The notes beneath the pieces are model-generated. The model was not told where the DNA came from. It saw only the letters and a list, made by a program, of their open reading frames with translations, and made no database searches. DNA of 63,242 nucleotides, counting the filler, from Choristocarpus tenellus KU-1152 (taxonomy: Eukaryota > Protista > Phaeophyceae): NCBI GenBank assembly GCA_964200185.2. It is 11 parts of 11 records of this genome, joined end to end, with 100 filler letters (N's around TTAATTAATTAA, not from the genome) between each part and the next. Parts side by side here need not be neighbours in the genome. Positions count along the whole stretch, not along the records: positions 38,753 to 44,848 come from CAXNAD020008949.1; positions 44,949 to 49,310 come from CAXNAD020014916.1; positions 49,411 to 52,967 come from CAXNAD020019284.1; 8 more parts are not named here. The stretch is one strand, 5' to 3'. Positions within the stretch are counted from its first letter, which is position 1, and the number at the start of each line of letters is the position of its first letter. Positions 38,653-52,614 of this stretch are shown here, piece after piece. The position numbers were made by a program, and so were the translations under genes.

Positions 38653-40552
38653 NNNNNNNNNNNNNNNNNNNNNNNNNNNNNNNNNNNNNNNNNNNNTTAA
38701 TTAATTAANNNNNNNNNNNNNNNNNNNNNNNNNNNNNNNNNNNNNNNNNNNNCCCCTCTCAGATACTTTGGGTCTTTCCCCTCCCTTGTTCCTCTGCATC
38801 ATCCGGAATGCTGGCCTAGTTGCCTTCAAGAACATTCTAAGCGGATCCTGTTCAGAAGCTGGGTAACAACATGCTAGGCTATCCTCGTGATCCTGGCTTC
38901 ATTTGTGCACGTTCCCACTCGTCAGACTAATCAATTTTCGGCAAATAGTATATGGCTGTTCCAGTCACAAATCTGAGTTATGTGTCGGGGCACATCCTTT
39001 CAAATCAAGGACATAGAATTTGTCTCTTTGTGAATCCCAATTGTTTTTACCTATTCGTGCTTCTGAGAGTGGCGTGGAATAGATCACTCCGACAACACGA
39101 TGAGATGGTAAATCGACACATCGTGACTTACACAATATGTGATGATATGTAATGAATAGAGACATGTCTGCCCTGACAAATTCTTGGGATGCTTCCCAAG
39201 TTCCTCACCCACCTTTGTAAGGCTAAGCTAGTGTAGAACCATAGTAGTGTTTACGTTACTTAGTAGAGAACTATCTTCAAGTATTGTTAGTTTTCCAGTA
39301 ATAGTATATCGAGTATTCTAAGAGGTCAATCGTTATTATTTATTTAGCGTTGATGACAACTAACTGTTGTTGATTTTATACATTTGTTCCTCCTTTATTA
39401 TTGTAACGCTTGCGATCTCATGTTTACTTCACCGCAGAATTAAGTTAGGATGTTCTGATAGAGGCAGAAGATTTCCCAGTTCTCCTGCAACTTGCAGTTT
39501 GCTTTAGCGAGAAAACCAGACCGCCGACGAAAGTTACCTCGAAAGGTCTTTAAGAGATGCTGAACGGGTGTCAGACCATAAGTTTCGCCGTCAACAATGA
39601 ACAACACAGTGGCCAAAATAAGGATCCTCAAGAACAGATGGAAGTAGGATTGTCGAAGGATGTGTTGGCAGGTTTTCGTTCCATCCGTGGGGCTAGAACA
39701 TCTGAGGTGAGCTAACTTTTCTCTTGGTGTATGGATATACTTTTTGCTCGTTCGGCAATGAGATTGGAATTGACTGCATCGCAACTTGTTTGATTGCATA
39801 CTAAGCACAACCTTCCCTATTCAGCTGGTTCTAAGCCTCTTTCACCAGACTCTCCATATCCTGATTGAGCTACTTCCCTTGTAGAGTTGTTTGCCACTTC
39901 GCGAGGAAGCTATATGAATCACGTCACGTCGAAACCAGTACAAAGTGTATGCTGAAACAGATGTATACTTGTGCTTGGTACCCCTTACATGGCGTCCAGA
40001 TGTTCGACCATGTTCAACGGCAAAGTCTTCTTGTGCAACGCATGCGGTGGGGCCACAGGTCAGCTCCTAATATAACCTCGGCAATCAGTGATTATTTGTT
40101 AACCCTGCCTAACCCGTGCATAGGTTCTCTATCCTGCAAGTATGGGAGGGCGAATGGGATCCTGGCGCAACATTGGACATTGAGAAGTGAATATACTCCC
40201 TTTGGACAATTGGGGCAGGGATGCTTCACATTCCCAGTGCAATCCACATTTACAAAGAAAAGCATTCAAACATACACTCTGTGTACCTTGACCTCACCTA
40301 ACTTACTCACCATAGAGATGGGGGGAGCATAGAGATTCAATTTTGTTGAAAGAGAGAAGATTGCTAAATCTACAATCAAGGCTGTGTTGGTACACGCAAC
40401 TTGTATGGCCCCTCTTCCTAACCCACGGCCTTGTGCCCCTCCTCCAACTAACTTTGATGCCTAGATTCCTGCTTGACTCCACCCCTCTCTTCGTTTTCCT
40501 CATACCACCCATCATTCTCCTGTGTCCACTTTCCCTCCTTTTCCCGTCGTTC

Positions 40553-43500
40553 ATGGCAAGTTTGTCCAAGGTTGCAAAAGATGCTGTGGCAGAATTCCAC
40601 CAGGACAATGGTACCGGAGCGAGACTCTTAATATATCCTCATAGTAGAGGTTGCCAGTCAGTGCACCTGCCCAAGGGCAACAGGGGACCTAGCAAAGGGG
40701 GAGGGCAACACCGAGAAATGGACAGGTTACGATGTCTTGAGGTGTGATGAGGTGGCCCATAGTATCATGCTACAATACTACTCTGGAGTACATAGTAGGT
40801 AGTAGAATAGACCATACAGCCAGCCTACCTAAAACCATCCTTTCAGCCCGTGATAATTGGAGAGGAAAACCAGTTTCAGGGAAAGAAGCTCAAAAAGGGT
40901 AGTGTGGATTGTGTCAACTGACCAGCTAATCTACGATATGTATTATATGTGTAAGCAGTATCAACTGAGGTATTCACATAAGGGCAATATCGATAAAAAA
41001 GAACCCCCCAGCTGATCACTGTTTTGTTTTCAGTCTTCCATTCAAAGACTTTGATATAAATGAGTGAGCCTTTTTGTACATAGCAATGGTAACAAAGGGA
41101 AACAACACATTGGGGGATGTACCCCATGTGTGAAGTTGTGTATCGCGTTCCATGACTTAAGAATATCACTCATTTCTTTGAGTCAAATATATTCCCTGCT
41201 TTCCTTTTCTAAAATAGGTTTATCCGCTTCCAAGATATCCCTGGAGCAGTTACCCAAGATGAGGAGAAATTAGAGTGGCTCAGTAAGGGGACTAGTCCAG
41301 ACGATGTATCCTCAACAATGCCTGAACTTGAAGGCTCGGTACAAAGCACTGAGGAAAAAATAGCTACATTTAGACCTGTTGCGGTAGCTCATGGAAGGTA
41401 TGGAGAGAGAGGCAGCTGTGGGAGGGGTGCCAATGCATCAGTGGGAGTTGTGACTGGAACTTCAGTTGTAGCAAAGCCAGTGACTATTGGAGGGGGTAGG
41501 AGACAAAAAAAAGGTGCACGTAGAAGTGATAGTGGGGTACATAGCACTGTAGGGAGTCTGGAGAAAATTAAAGGTTGTGCTAGAGTGCTGCAACTTTCCT
41601 TGCTCTTGGGGAAGATTGCATGCACAGAGAGAGGGGGGGGGGTGGCGAAAGGAGGGAGATCGGCCTCTGTCGCCAAACTGGAAAGGGTGAGTTGTGAAAG
41701 TATGATAACACACCTACTACATGCCCCACAATTGAGGTGCCTCAACAAATAGACCAATCAATCGAAAAACAGATCACCTAGCTCTTGATTTTGTTTCTCC
41801 CATTGTACAAAATATGCCATAGAGAAGTGCAGATCACGACTATAACCACCAGTAGCGGAAACAATCTAAAAAATGGAGCAAAGATTTGATGGGTAATATG
41901 GTTGGACCAAGTTGATGAAAGGGTTTGGGGGGAAGAGTGTTTCATGGCATGGTAGAAAGAACTTACAAATTGATCAAGCCAGGGTTCATGGGACCATAGA
42001 ATGATGACTAAATGAGTTGCAAATTTGACAGTGTAGTACTCCACAGGATAGAGAAAGGTGTAGCAAGATGGGGCTAGATGGACAATATGAAGTTGGAAAT
42101 GTATGGCAAGGTGGTAGACCAGGAATAGAAGAGTTGGGTGATTGGGCAGTGTATTGACAAACAGATTATTATTGCCAATAGATCATACAGATCTTGCTTA
42201 GGGGCTGTTGTTCATTTCCCATCAGTATTTTGGACACACAACATCATACAGACTAGGAAGGACGCAGGCAGGGTGTGAGAATCGAGGGCTAAATAGTAAG
42301 ACAATTTGAGGATTCCTACTCCCATACCTCAGCTATTCCTTGTAAAAAAGTATCACAGTAATAGTGTACTTCAACCAAAACCTTCAACGAGGTTGCCACA
42401 ACCAATCATCCTGCTCTATAATGTTTGTGACATGCTCAAGGTGCTTTACGAACCACTCTCACTATTTATGGAGTCAGAAATACATACAGGAGTTATACGG
42501 TGAATATCCCTGTTTTAGTGCTCTAACTTGGACCTGACATCTTTCACCATACAAACACAAAATGACGAATCAGTTGGTCAATGGGCAGTAAAAGGGCGAA
42601 ATTGGGGGGTGGCTTTGTTGACCCCCTCTGTATGAACCCCCTTATTTAGGGAGCCACCCCCCATTTTTTAATTTGTTTTTGTGGTACATTGACCCACCGA
42701 TCCATAATTTGTTTGTGTTGGGGTGAAGCATATCAGGTACAAGTTAGGGAATTTCAATAGGTACATTCACCTTGTGATTCTTCCATGTATCTCTAGCTCC
42801 CTTAATAGCGATGGTGGTTCCCTGAGTGGGTTAGTTCCCTATTCATGGTATTGGGGTGTTATTATTTTGGACCCATATGGAAATCTGATGGGAAAGGGTT
42901 TCTGTACTATTTCAAGGTATGAGTACTACTAGATGTATCTTTCTCCACCGATTTACACCCCCTCCCGGTGGATGGAACTGCAGTCTCTTGTTTTTCCAGG
43001 ATCTAAGCGAAATGTCAAGATAATACGATCGATCATGGAGGGAGGGAGCAAGGGTGAGGGCAAGTGTGGAAGCAAAGGTGGGAATGGAAGTGTCGATGGA
43101 GCTACGATAGCTGGAAAAGGGTGGCCTGGCGGGAAACGAGGTCCTTCATGCACTGCCCCTACCACAGCAGGCAGTGTGAGTGGTGATGGTGCAATATCCC
43201 TCGAGACTGTGGGCAAGACCATGGCGTTTTTTGCCAAGCTAGCATCAACTCATGATGTGAGCAAGTTGAACATTGAGCAATTGAAGGAGCTAGGAGGTCA
43301 GGGATACGGGTAAGTGAAGGATGAGATTCCCCAATGGTATGCCCATGCAATTTGCTTAATGGTTTATTGCAGTACATGTTAATCTGAACCCTCACTTCCT
43401 AGTTCTCTGTTTCTTTTGAGTACTCGAGTTAAACCTACTTTTTCCCATCTGATGATTGCTTGCTGGAGCTCAGCCCTACCCAGGGATGGTATGGGAACAC

Positions 43501-44684
43501 GGCAGTAAAAGCTATAGAAGGCAATAATGCTATAGCTGAGGTGGATAACATGGAGTGGAGTGGGGAGACTAGGACTTTAGCACACAGCATGCATAGTACC
43601 ACCCCGAACAAGCTTGGACCACCCAATATCAGGTTTAAATTGCAAAATGATGGTGAACTTGGGGAGGGACCATTGATCGAGGTAAGCTAGTGACATGATC
43701 TTTTCAATGTGGCAGGGGACAATATTCCATTCAACCTACAGTGGGCAATAGACCTTTACCTCTGACTGTGCCTTCAGACAACATTACTGTGAGGGTCTAT
43801 CGTACAATGGGGTGCGTTCAAAGCAGGTCTGGTCCAGTGATTGTATTGCAATGAAGCGATAGCATCTTGAGTATTGCCTTGTTCAATGTTCAAAAAGGCA
43901 TTTCTACAGCAATGTAGAACTATCAACAAGGACGGTTAGAGAAAAAAGAAAACTTGAAGGCAAAAAAATGCGAGGCTCAGAAATAATGTGATTGGATCTT
44001 TTCTAGGTGTCAGGCCTCAAGTTTTATGTAGTGCTGCTGAGAAATCCACTGCACAAAAAGCTCTTCATTTGTCTTACATGTCAAAATTCGACCCAGCCAA
44101 CTCTGATATATATATATCGTTGGATTCAGGATGGGATCCCCTCCCCTGAGGTCCTTCACCCATGAGATCTCCCTTGCCATTCCACACATTCCATTACCGG
44201 GTCCAAAACAATGGACTAGTATTTCCCAGTCTCTGACAAGATAGTGCTATCGCTCATCCATTGCCCATGCCTCCAGACCTCTACTAGTCTTTAAACACTC
44301 CATCCCACAAAGTCAATTTTTGGACATTTTCGACATCTAACCGGTATATGGTATAACATAACCTGTAGAAAATATGAAAGTCATCATTTTCCCTTTCCAT
44401 TTTCCATTCCAAATTCTCATTAAGGTGCCTACTCTCACATAACTCACCAGACCACTCTTTTTATGGACTAATTGCAGGGTGCTACAATAACCTACGGATC
44501 AGCAGTTATCCTCCAGGCAATGCATGGTGGAGTCCTCTGTTTTGGTCCAAAGGGTAAGGCCCAAGCTTCAGCACTTGGGGAACAGCCAAATGCACTCTTT
44601 ACTCTGTGGAATCTTGCTGACTTGGCGAGCAAAGGACCGGTTCGGTATGGGGACGCCCTACTCTTACAGATGGGACGCCATGAG
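40553..44684 (+). CDS. Partial multi-exon hypothetical protein; best exons 41218-~41398, 43000-43309, 43474-43681, 44478-44684; last exon is beta-trefoil/MIR-like
   Basis: The last three exons form a frame-consistent GT-AG chain. 'ATITYGSAVILQAMHGGVL...LFTLWN...GPVRYGDALLLQ' shows the repeated (L/I)xYGxx(V/L)xL motif typical of MIR/IP3R-type beta-trefoils. The 5' structure is uncertain. Confidence 0.55.
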
Positions 44685-44948
44685 GTTGGAATAAGTGCCT
44701 CTTTTCGTTTCAGCTTGGTGAAGGAGCAAAGAGTCCAAACAGCTTGCATGTGTGCGTGTGCTGGGGGGGGGGGGGGGGGGTCCCCCGGCTAAAGATATAT
44801 CTTTTTGAAAGATGGGAAGATAGAAATAGAGAGCGCGATCGTGACCTCNNNNNNNNNNNNNNNNNNNNNNNNNNNNNNNNNNNNNNNNNNNNTTAATTAA
44901 TTAANNNNNNNNNNNNNNNNNNNNNNNNNNNNNNNNNNNNNNNNNNNN

Positions 44949-45000
44949 TGGATTTTGGCCCCCAGGTGGACGCGGCTCTACCCTCTAAGATACTTTGGCT
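44949..45000 (-). mobile_element. MITE family A terminus at contig start
   Basis: tggattttggcccccaggtggacgcggctctaccctctaagatactttggct. Confidence 0.85.
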
Positions 45001-45329
45001 TTGCTGCTACTATTGTTGGTAACGACTACAAATTTGTGGAGATAAAATTGTATTGAAGTTGAAATGCTGTTGAGACACACATCATGCCTTTCTTTGTTTT
45101 GATTGCAGAAAAAATTGATGACCTTGCACAAAAGATTTGTTGACCGAGATCTTCAAAGAAATGCATTATACCTTCGTAGCAGTATCCACGTGTATTGCAT
45201 ACAGATAATTCATACAGACGTACCTTGAGATTGTCATGTGTTGCATCTCCATCTTTTTGTGCTGACAAAGTTCAGAGGTTCGATAGACTAACTGGACAAC
45301 CAGCACCCTGTCCGAGCACAGAAAGGAAA

Positions 45330-47720
45330 AACAACACGACAATAATATTGTGATGCGCCGGGTATCTCCTGCTTGCAAATGCTTCCTTGCCTGCATGTTG
45401 CGTAATTCCTAGCTAACCAGGTGGTGATCCTAGTTTGATTTTGTTGGTACATGATCATCCTTGCATGATCGATAGTTTGCCCTTTTTGCCCTGATGAGGT
45501 AGATACTGTTTGACTCTTATTCTATTACGGAGTATAACTGCAGGGCATGGGGCATCTGGTGATATGAGCAGAAAATTGGATCTCGATAGGTATTCAACAA
45601 TAGTACACTATGTGAAGGTATTACAGGAGTTTTGAGATTTTTTTGGAATGGGGTCGAAATTACACGTTGCTGGGAAGAGCAACCCTATTTTTCGTTTCTG
45701 TGAAGAAGCATGTGCTGGGAGAATGTTTTTATTATTTTGTCAAGACACCTGTGTGGGTATGGGCGGTGAAGTTGGGAGTGATACCATTCCCATCTAATCC
45801 CTTCTGTTTTGTAAGATGACTGGCTGCTATTGGTAAGAAGACAGTATCACCTCCCAGACTTTCATATCTTGCCCTTCCTACCTCGCCAAGCACATTGTCA
45901 TCCGCAGGTGTTATTTTTCCACGTCCTCTTTGGCATGACAATCGACTGGGCTCATCAACCAACCCCCAACGTCTGCTGTCCGGCTGCAGATCGTGGAAAG
46001 TGTCAATTTCAAGGAGAATACCTATGTCTTCAACAACAAGAAGACCATACCTGATCACAGTCAACTCCTTGATACTCTGAGGGTAAAGGAAGATATGTAG
46101 ATCGATGTTTGCTGATGAGGAAGCGTTCAACACCACAAATGAATGGACAAGACACTCAGGTCGCACTTTCCACCCTCCCACCATGCCCGGCATTGATGAC
46201 ATGCTTGAGATTATCACACCTCTCTCTGAACTTCGCAAACCAATCAGGCAGAACAGTGAAAGAGGACCTTGCTGAAAACCTTCAGAAATGGTAAGAAGGC
46301 GAGGAGTCAATGGAGGGGTGGCGGTATGTGTGGCAGACCTTGAGCAATCAATAGTGGTTAAGGATCCCTTGGTGGAGGACCACAATATCCTGACCGACCA
46401 CTACATTGATCACCATTTGAGCCATGGCAGGGTGCAATTTAAGGATCCCAAGAAAAGGAAAAAATAGTTCATTTTGTAAAAATGAAGAAAGAAGAGTCTT
46501 TGCTGAATTGTGGTGTCACTTTGTCGGTGGAAAGGGGGATTTAGTGTCTTGAGGAGCATTATCTCCTACAATAGTAGCACCGTATTAAGGCATGCTTAAG
46601 TAAGGCATGTCAGGCGATAGTCCATGCCATTCTCGATTTTGTGCCATAAGGCATGTTTGGGGTAATACTGGGTAGACATGGCCTTGACGTGGACAGATGT
46701 GCCTTACCAGGTGAGGTGTGAAGTTTGCTGTCATACAGACACCAAAGCAGTACCCTTCCCGTGTGCTGCGAAAGGTTGCTGCCATATTCCTGCAGCCACA
46801 CTGGGACCACAACACTTCACTGGGCATAAATGTGTAGGTTTGGAAGTCTCCTTGATGGAATTTAAGGCATTGCAGATCGGGATGTGGACAATGAGATGAT
46901 GAGTCCTTGATTGCCACAATCCGGAGGAGGAGGAGAGTGACAAGGACAACAATAATGATAATTATTGTGTCAAGGACTTCATCTCCAACAACTGAACCAA
47001 ACCAATTAAGAGATAGGCAGGTTTGAATAATTTTGCGCTTCAAGTCTCCTTTCTTACCCTCTGCAATACACTATTTTATTGCTTTACACGCGCAACAGTG
47101 TACGAAAAAATGTTATTCCCCTTTCTATACGCAACGTGACACGACATTTCATCACACGTTCTTTTTGCAGTAGTTGCACAAAATGGCATATTTGGCATCT
47201 CTTGGGATCCTCAAGGTGCGATTCTGCGTACCTCTCAATTGGTTTGACTCGTACGGACACAGCCTTCTTTCTGCTGACAGGTCCCAGCTGTCTGCTCCGG
47301 GGTTAGATGTTTGGGAATATATTCCCAACAAGGTTGGGGTCAGTGCCTTGTCCAGTACAGCAAAGCGCAAGGGGAATCATAAAGACCCATCAAGTGGCAC
47401 CAATAAGTGGAAACAATTACCTTCGGCCCAGAAAGGTGAAGTGTTGGACTTGCCGATTGGATACATTGATGAGTTAGCATAGCACAGTGATATGGTGTTG
47501 GCATAGAGAGCATTGTACGAATTGGAGCAAAGCAAGATAAGAGCTTCAACAGAATCAGCTTCTTGCAATTCAACGGGTGACAAGAAAGCGATTGGGAAAA
47601 CACACCACCCAGAGGAAAAGTCTCTACACCTGCTTAGTTTGTGTTGTGATACTACTGTCTGCACAACTATAGTGTCTGTCCCGTGCAACTGCTGTCCAAG
47701 TGCTACTATGGAATTATGTT
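45330..47720 (+). pseudogene. Highly decayed coding region, possibly a MULE-like transposon relic (SWIM-like and PHD-like Cys/His motifs)
   Basis: 'C...G.SCLQMLPCLHVA' (~45350-45400), 'CAAKGCCH...HKCVGL...IGMW' (~46760-46890), and long near-open frames broken by TAG/TGA (e.g. 'IDELA*HSDMVLA*RALYELEQ'). No DDE core was identified. Confidence 0.3.
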
Positions 47721-49414
47721 AAGATACACAGTATTATTGCAATGAACTAATCGCTGATCGCTTTTGTGATTCTCTTGCTGGGGTCAGGTGTACATCACGG
47801 TTTTGGGTTGTGTGGAGGAGGCCAGGAGAGCAGGTCTACTGGTGACTCAAGACACCATGATTTCATGTGGTCTCAAGGCGGTGGTAGAGTTTATTTCCAA
47901 AAGCCACCCTGTGTAGATATCGAGGGTGAGGGAGACTGTGAGCATGGCTTGGCAGAGGCATTGGACAACCTCCAGGTGGAGGCTGATGAAGTTCCGACCA
48001 ACAACAGCATCACCAGGGCTCAGGAATGATCACAGCTAGGGGCACAGGAGGATGTAGTTGAGGATTTGGTACAGGACGTAAGGGATGAACAATTGTACGT
48101 CGCCTGTTTACTAGCACTACTAGTTTTGCTAATGAGGGAGGGGGTGAATCAGAAGACAAGACTGCGACATAGGTGGTGGTGGTGGTGATGGAGGCGGAGG
48201 AGTGAGCTTTCATCTGCCTCCCTTTGTTGAAATATTGCCGTATCTTCTTGATTTGGAGGCAAAGGCTAGAAATACTGATTTCGATTGAGGTCGGACATTT
48301 TTCACAAGGCGAAAATGGAGTTCTTGGGTTCTTGTGCTTCGATCTCTGTGATACAGGTATCTGAAAGTTCTTTGATTGAATGGTGTTGTGGGTATGTTGT
48401 TTCTGTTCTCTACACCAAAACAATTTTAGTCGCACACACAAGACATTGTAATACACACAACGTCATACCTGGAGTGAGTACTACAAGTTGTGAACATGTG
48501 AACCACACTTAGTGAAATTAGGTCGTCACAATAATTGAAAAAGTTCGGTCTTCTCTCAGTAAGGCTTGTTTGTAAAGGGAATATGTTTACGTATTTTTGG
48601 GTTGGCACAAACGTGTCTTGAAATGTTAGGTACCCTTACTGTACTTGTTTGACCCACACACTTCTGCTCCATCAACATATCATTCCTGAAGCTCAGATCT
48701 AGTATCCGCTCCATAAGAAATGTCCTTAGGGGGGGTTCGTGGCCTTTCTACTCCGCACCTCTCCTCACAAAAACTGTTTTCAAGATTGCTATTCCATTTG
48801 GCAACAACAACGGATTGCACACCTTTCCCGTATTATCCTTGCCTTACGTGTGCAGGGGTCCTCTGCCACAAAAACACTAAACCAAGATCAACGTGCAAAC
48901 TTTGGGAGGAGGAGTAAATGAGAATATTTGAGGGAGGTGGTGAACTGAGAGTAATACGAGTCCTATACCAAATTCGGGAAAGGTAGTAATGGAGCCTGTT
49001 GTAGTATTAGTTGTATTGCAAGAGTTACAGTAGTTCGAATGAGAACAAGTCCACCACTATTGCTAAACGATCTTTTTACGCGTATAATTATCCCAATCTA
49101 AACAATTACACATCAACGTCAACGATTCTTAGTCTTGTTCTCATTTTAATAATAATATGATCGATGCATGAATGAATAAAATATGAGAACATCTTCAAGT
49201 GATTGATGGTACATAAGATGGACGATATAGGTGTGTGATACGCAAGTGGCATTGTCTCGACGTGTCATGCGTTTTAAGCTGCAGTCACCAGGGAGATGGG
49301 CACGGAGGGGNNNNNNNNNNNNNNNNNNNNNNNNNNNNNNNNNNNNNNNNNNNNTTAATTAATTAANNNNNNNNNNNNNNNNNNNNNNNNNNNNNNNNNN
49401 NNNNNNNNNNACCT

Positions 49415-49475
<61 letters not shown>

Positions 49476-49547
49476 ACCCACCCACCCACCCTCCTGCCCT
49501 CGGTCTCCATCTTCATTTGCTGTACTCTCGTTTTTCTTTTTTTGTAG

Positions 49548-51202
49548 TGAGATTCAGGGGGTGAAGCTACTCTGTGCAGAGCTGGAGCGGACTCAAATGG
49601 CAGCTGAAACAGAAACCCGTTCTGCTAGACAAAGGTGAGGAGTAAAGGGGAAGGATTGGCAAGGCACTCAAGGTCTTTCAGCAGGTAGCACCGTGGAAAG
49701 AAAATATGATCGATAGGATTGATGTGAAGTGATGTTGTGGTGTGGTATTACACACATGCGTTCTTGTTTATGACGACTCTTATATACATTTTTACATAGT
49801 TGTGTGGTGTGATGGAAGTTGAAGTGCAAGAAAGGTAAGATTGTTGTGCTGTTGTAGAAGAAGAAGCCCAATGAAGTGGGCGTTTTCCTGCTACCTGTAA
49901 GAATGTTGTGCTTAATGTGGAAGGTTGTAGTATATGCTGTGTGGTTGAGATTTGTCTTCAGTCCATTTTTTGGTGTGGATCTTCATGTTACTTTGTGACC
50001 CGGGCTTAATATTGATTCCCCTGCCCTCTCTCCAAGCCCACTACTGTTTCGTTTTTCGTCTCTATGCACTAAACTTTCTGTGCCTGAGAAAACAGGTTAA
50101 TGGTTTGTATGGTTCCGGCCTTGAACTCTCTGCTTTTGTCATCCCTTGGCAATGCCTTCCTCCTTGCATTGAGCATCTTCATCTCTTATTTAATGCCAGT
50201 AGTGACAGGAGAGGAGGGAGTGCACTATGGGCCACAGGCGTTGCAGGTGGGTGTCCAATTTCCTATCTGGTTTGTTGCACATTTCATTGCACCTGTGAAT
50301 TGTGGGACTGAGAGGGAGGGGCCTGTTGTTGTAAGGTCTCTATTTGAATGGGGGTATGTTTATTTTTATTTTTTGTGGTTCTTGGGACAGGGAGGATACA
50401 TCTTATATTGAAAAAAAAAGAAGTGATTTGTGAGCCCACACCTGATGTTTGACAGGGTGCCAAGCCACTAAATGGCAAATGGTGATACTTCAACAAGTAA
50501 TGAAATGGAAAAGACAGTTCCACGCAAACACCTACCCTCTCTCCTACAACCTGATCTTCCTCTCCCCCCATCAACACCTATTTCATGGAGAGGATTTCAT
50601 TGCGGGTGGCCCTAATGAGAAGAAGTAGGAGGATCGGGTAAACATAACCTCCGACGATTAAAATGCATCTTCTGCATGCCCACAACTCCTGCCCAGACAC
50701 ATTTTGATGTTGATTTTTGAAACTCAATTATGATCACCCCTTTGATGTTCTCCAGCTACTGGCAGTGACCCTGGTTTGCTATAACCTATGGACATTTACT
50801 TTGGGCAAGGAGGCACTTTCTATGGTTCTAGCCTCTGATGGTCAGGATGCTGTTGGTGATCAGGCAGTGGAAGGAGAGGTCTTGGTGGAAAGAAGGATGA
50901 AAGGGGGGACATTGGTGCCTCTGCTTCACCCTGATCAGGCAAGTGGATAGGTTGGGGTTGGAGTACTCTTTTCTTTTGTCTTACATGCCTAGGACTAAAA
51001 ATTACTATTCTTTGTACAACCTTGAACTGTGCATTTCTTTTGTTGGTAGTATTAGAACGACTTACTGTGTGTTCCAGTAAGAAGTAACATTTGGGGATGG
51101 ACAATGCCTTCCTGAGGTGTTGAGATCCTTTGCTTTGTTCAGCTGGTGTCTTGTATGTGGTTGGTTTTGCTTTTGTGGGACCTTGCACACGGACCATCGT
51201 AG
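49548..51202 (+). CDS. 3' exons of a hypothetical membrane protein; exons 49548-49634, 50096-50246, 50756-50938 (GC donor), 51143-51202
   Basis: Frame-consistent chain with hydrophobic segments 'LLLSSLGNAFLLALSIFISYLMPV', 'LLAVTLVCYNLWTFTLG' and 'LVSCMWLVLLLWDL'. Confidence 0.6.
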
Positions 51203-52110
51203 GTACAGCTGATGTAACTGTCAGTGCCGACAACATTGCATCTTCATACACAGCCCATTTGTTGGAAGCTGCCTCAGAAGTACTACCACCTCCTACGTGG
51301 GAAGGTGTTGCCAGTGGGACGGCGTGCATGTGACCAAGCTGAAGCAAAACGTGGGAGGAGCATAGAGCCAACGGCGAAGAAAATCCCAAAACGCTATTTT
51401 TAGGAAGGTGTTCGAGATGGTTGGAAAGCCGCTCAAACGAGCGAGGGCATCTGCCCCACAGGAGTTTTTGTGACGCTTACATGAGGATGGTGAAACCCTT
51501 TATCTACCATGGGAACCAACCTGGTTTGTACCGAGACCTGAAAGGGTTATAGGTAGAGAGAACTAGACAGAGTGCCTTCCAACACATCCGCGATGAATCT
51601 GACCGGATACAGAGAGAAAGTGCTCATCATAGAACTATGAAAGAGATTCTTCAAATTGATCTCTAATCACAACTCATCAACCTCAACCATCAACCAACAA
51701 CGTTGAACCACTTGGCATTCGATCCACGTCCATGGCGCTTACTGATGCACCAATGCCGATGAAAGGGGCTAAAGCAATATGGGGCAATGGGAAATGGAAA
51801 GGCCAAAAGAAAGCCCAGACAATCTTCCGCCTGAGGTGTTGAAGGTCGATGTCAAGGAGAGTGAGATGTTTTCGTCGAGGGTTTCCATAAGATTGGGTTG
51901 GCTGTGTAAAAGGAGAGAAAATTAAAAAATCTCAAATTTGGAATGTCATAATCCACAAGAACAAGGGTCCGAAATTTCAAGGCTGAAGTAGCTGAGGTTC
52001 TGTAATATGGTTGGGTGACATGGACACTCCAAGGCATCGTTCTCACCACCACAAATTCCTCCAACAATGCATCAGATTCCGCAAACGGGGACGCTCCGAT
52101 TTTGCAGTCC

Positions 52111-52614
52111 TTAAAAGATCCCCTTTTCAAGTCTAGATACGACATATTCAAGGTCACCGTGTGAAAAAGGAGACTCCTATTCACAGGGTTGGTTGGGTGG
52201 ATGGGGTATGAGCGACTTCCCGGGGGGTTGATGTTTTGGGAACTTAAAGGTGGGAAACAGAAGCAAGATGGAGAGGAGAAGCAATGGGTGTGTGAGATCA
52301 CAGTTGGGGGATGGGGCACAAGGGCAACCAACCAACAGAGTTTGTGAGTGTGTGGTTGGTGTCATGATGAGCTTCAACAACTGGGTGGCATTCAACGAAA
52401 GCTGTGATAGCTGGTGTATGTCAATCTAAAGCAGTATCTAAGGCAGTCAAGCAACCAACAACGCCACTGCCACCGTCTTCTGAATGCTTGTTATTCGTTA
52501 CATTTCTCTTTTTGGGCCAAAAAGTCTCGGTCCCTTTTTTTGGTATGAACAAAGCTCTGCAGGTTGCTGGGAACAGCACCTGGATTCCATTTGTGCTACC
52601 CTCGTAGATACCCT
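52111..52614 (-). CDS. Possible terminal exons of a convergent gene
   Basis: Exon-like blocks 'LSLNATQLLKLIMTPTTHSQTLL|' and '|ESPFSHGDLEYVVSRLEKGIF*' bounded by AG/GT signals. Confidence 0.3.

Noticed and set aside
51470-51640. C/D-box snoRNA suggested by ATGATGA/ATGAGGA and CTGA motifs
   Set aside because: No terminal stem or recognisable rRNA-complementary guide could be established by eye.
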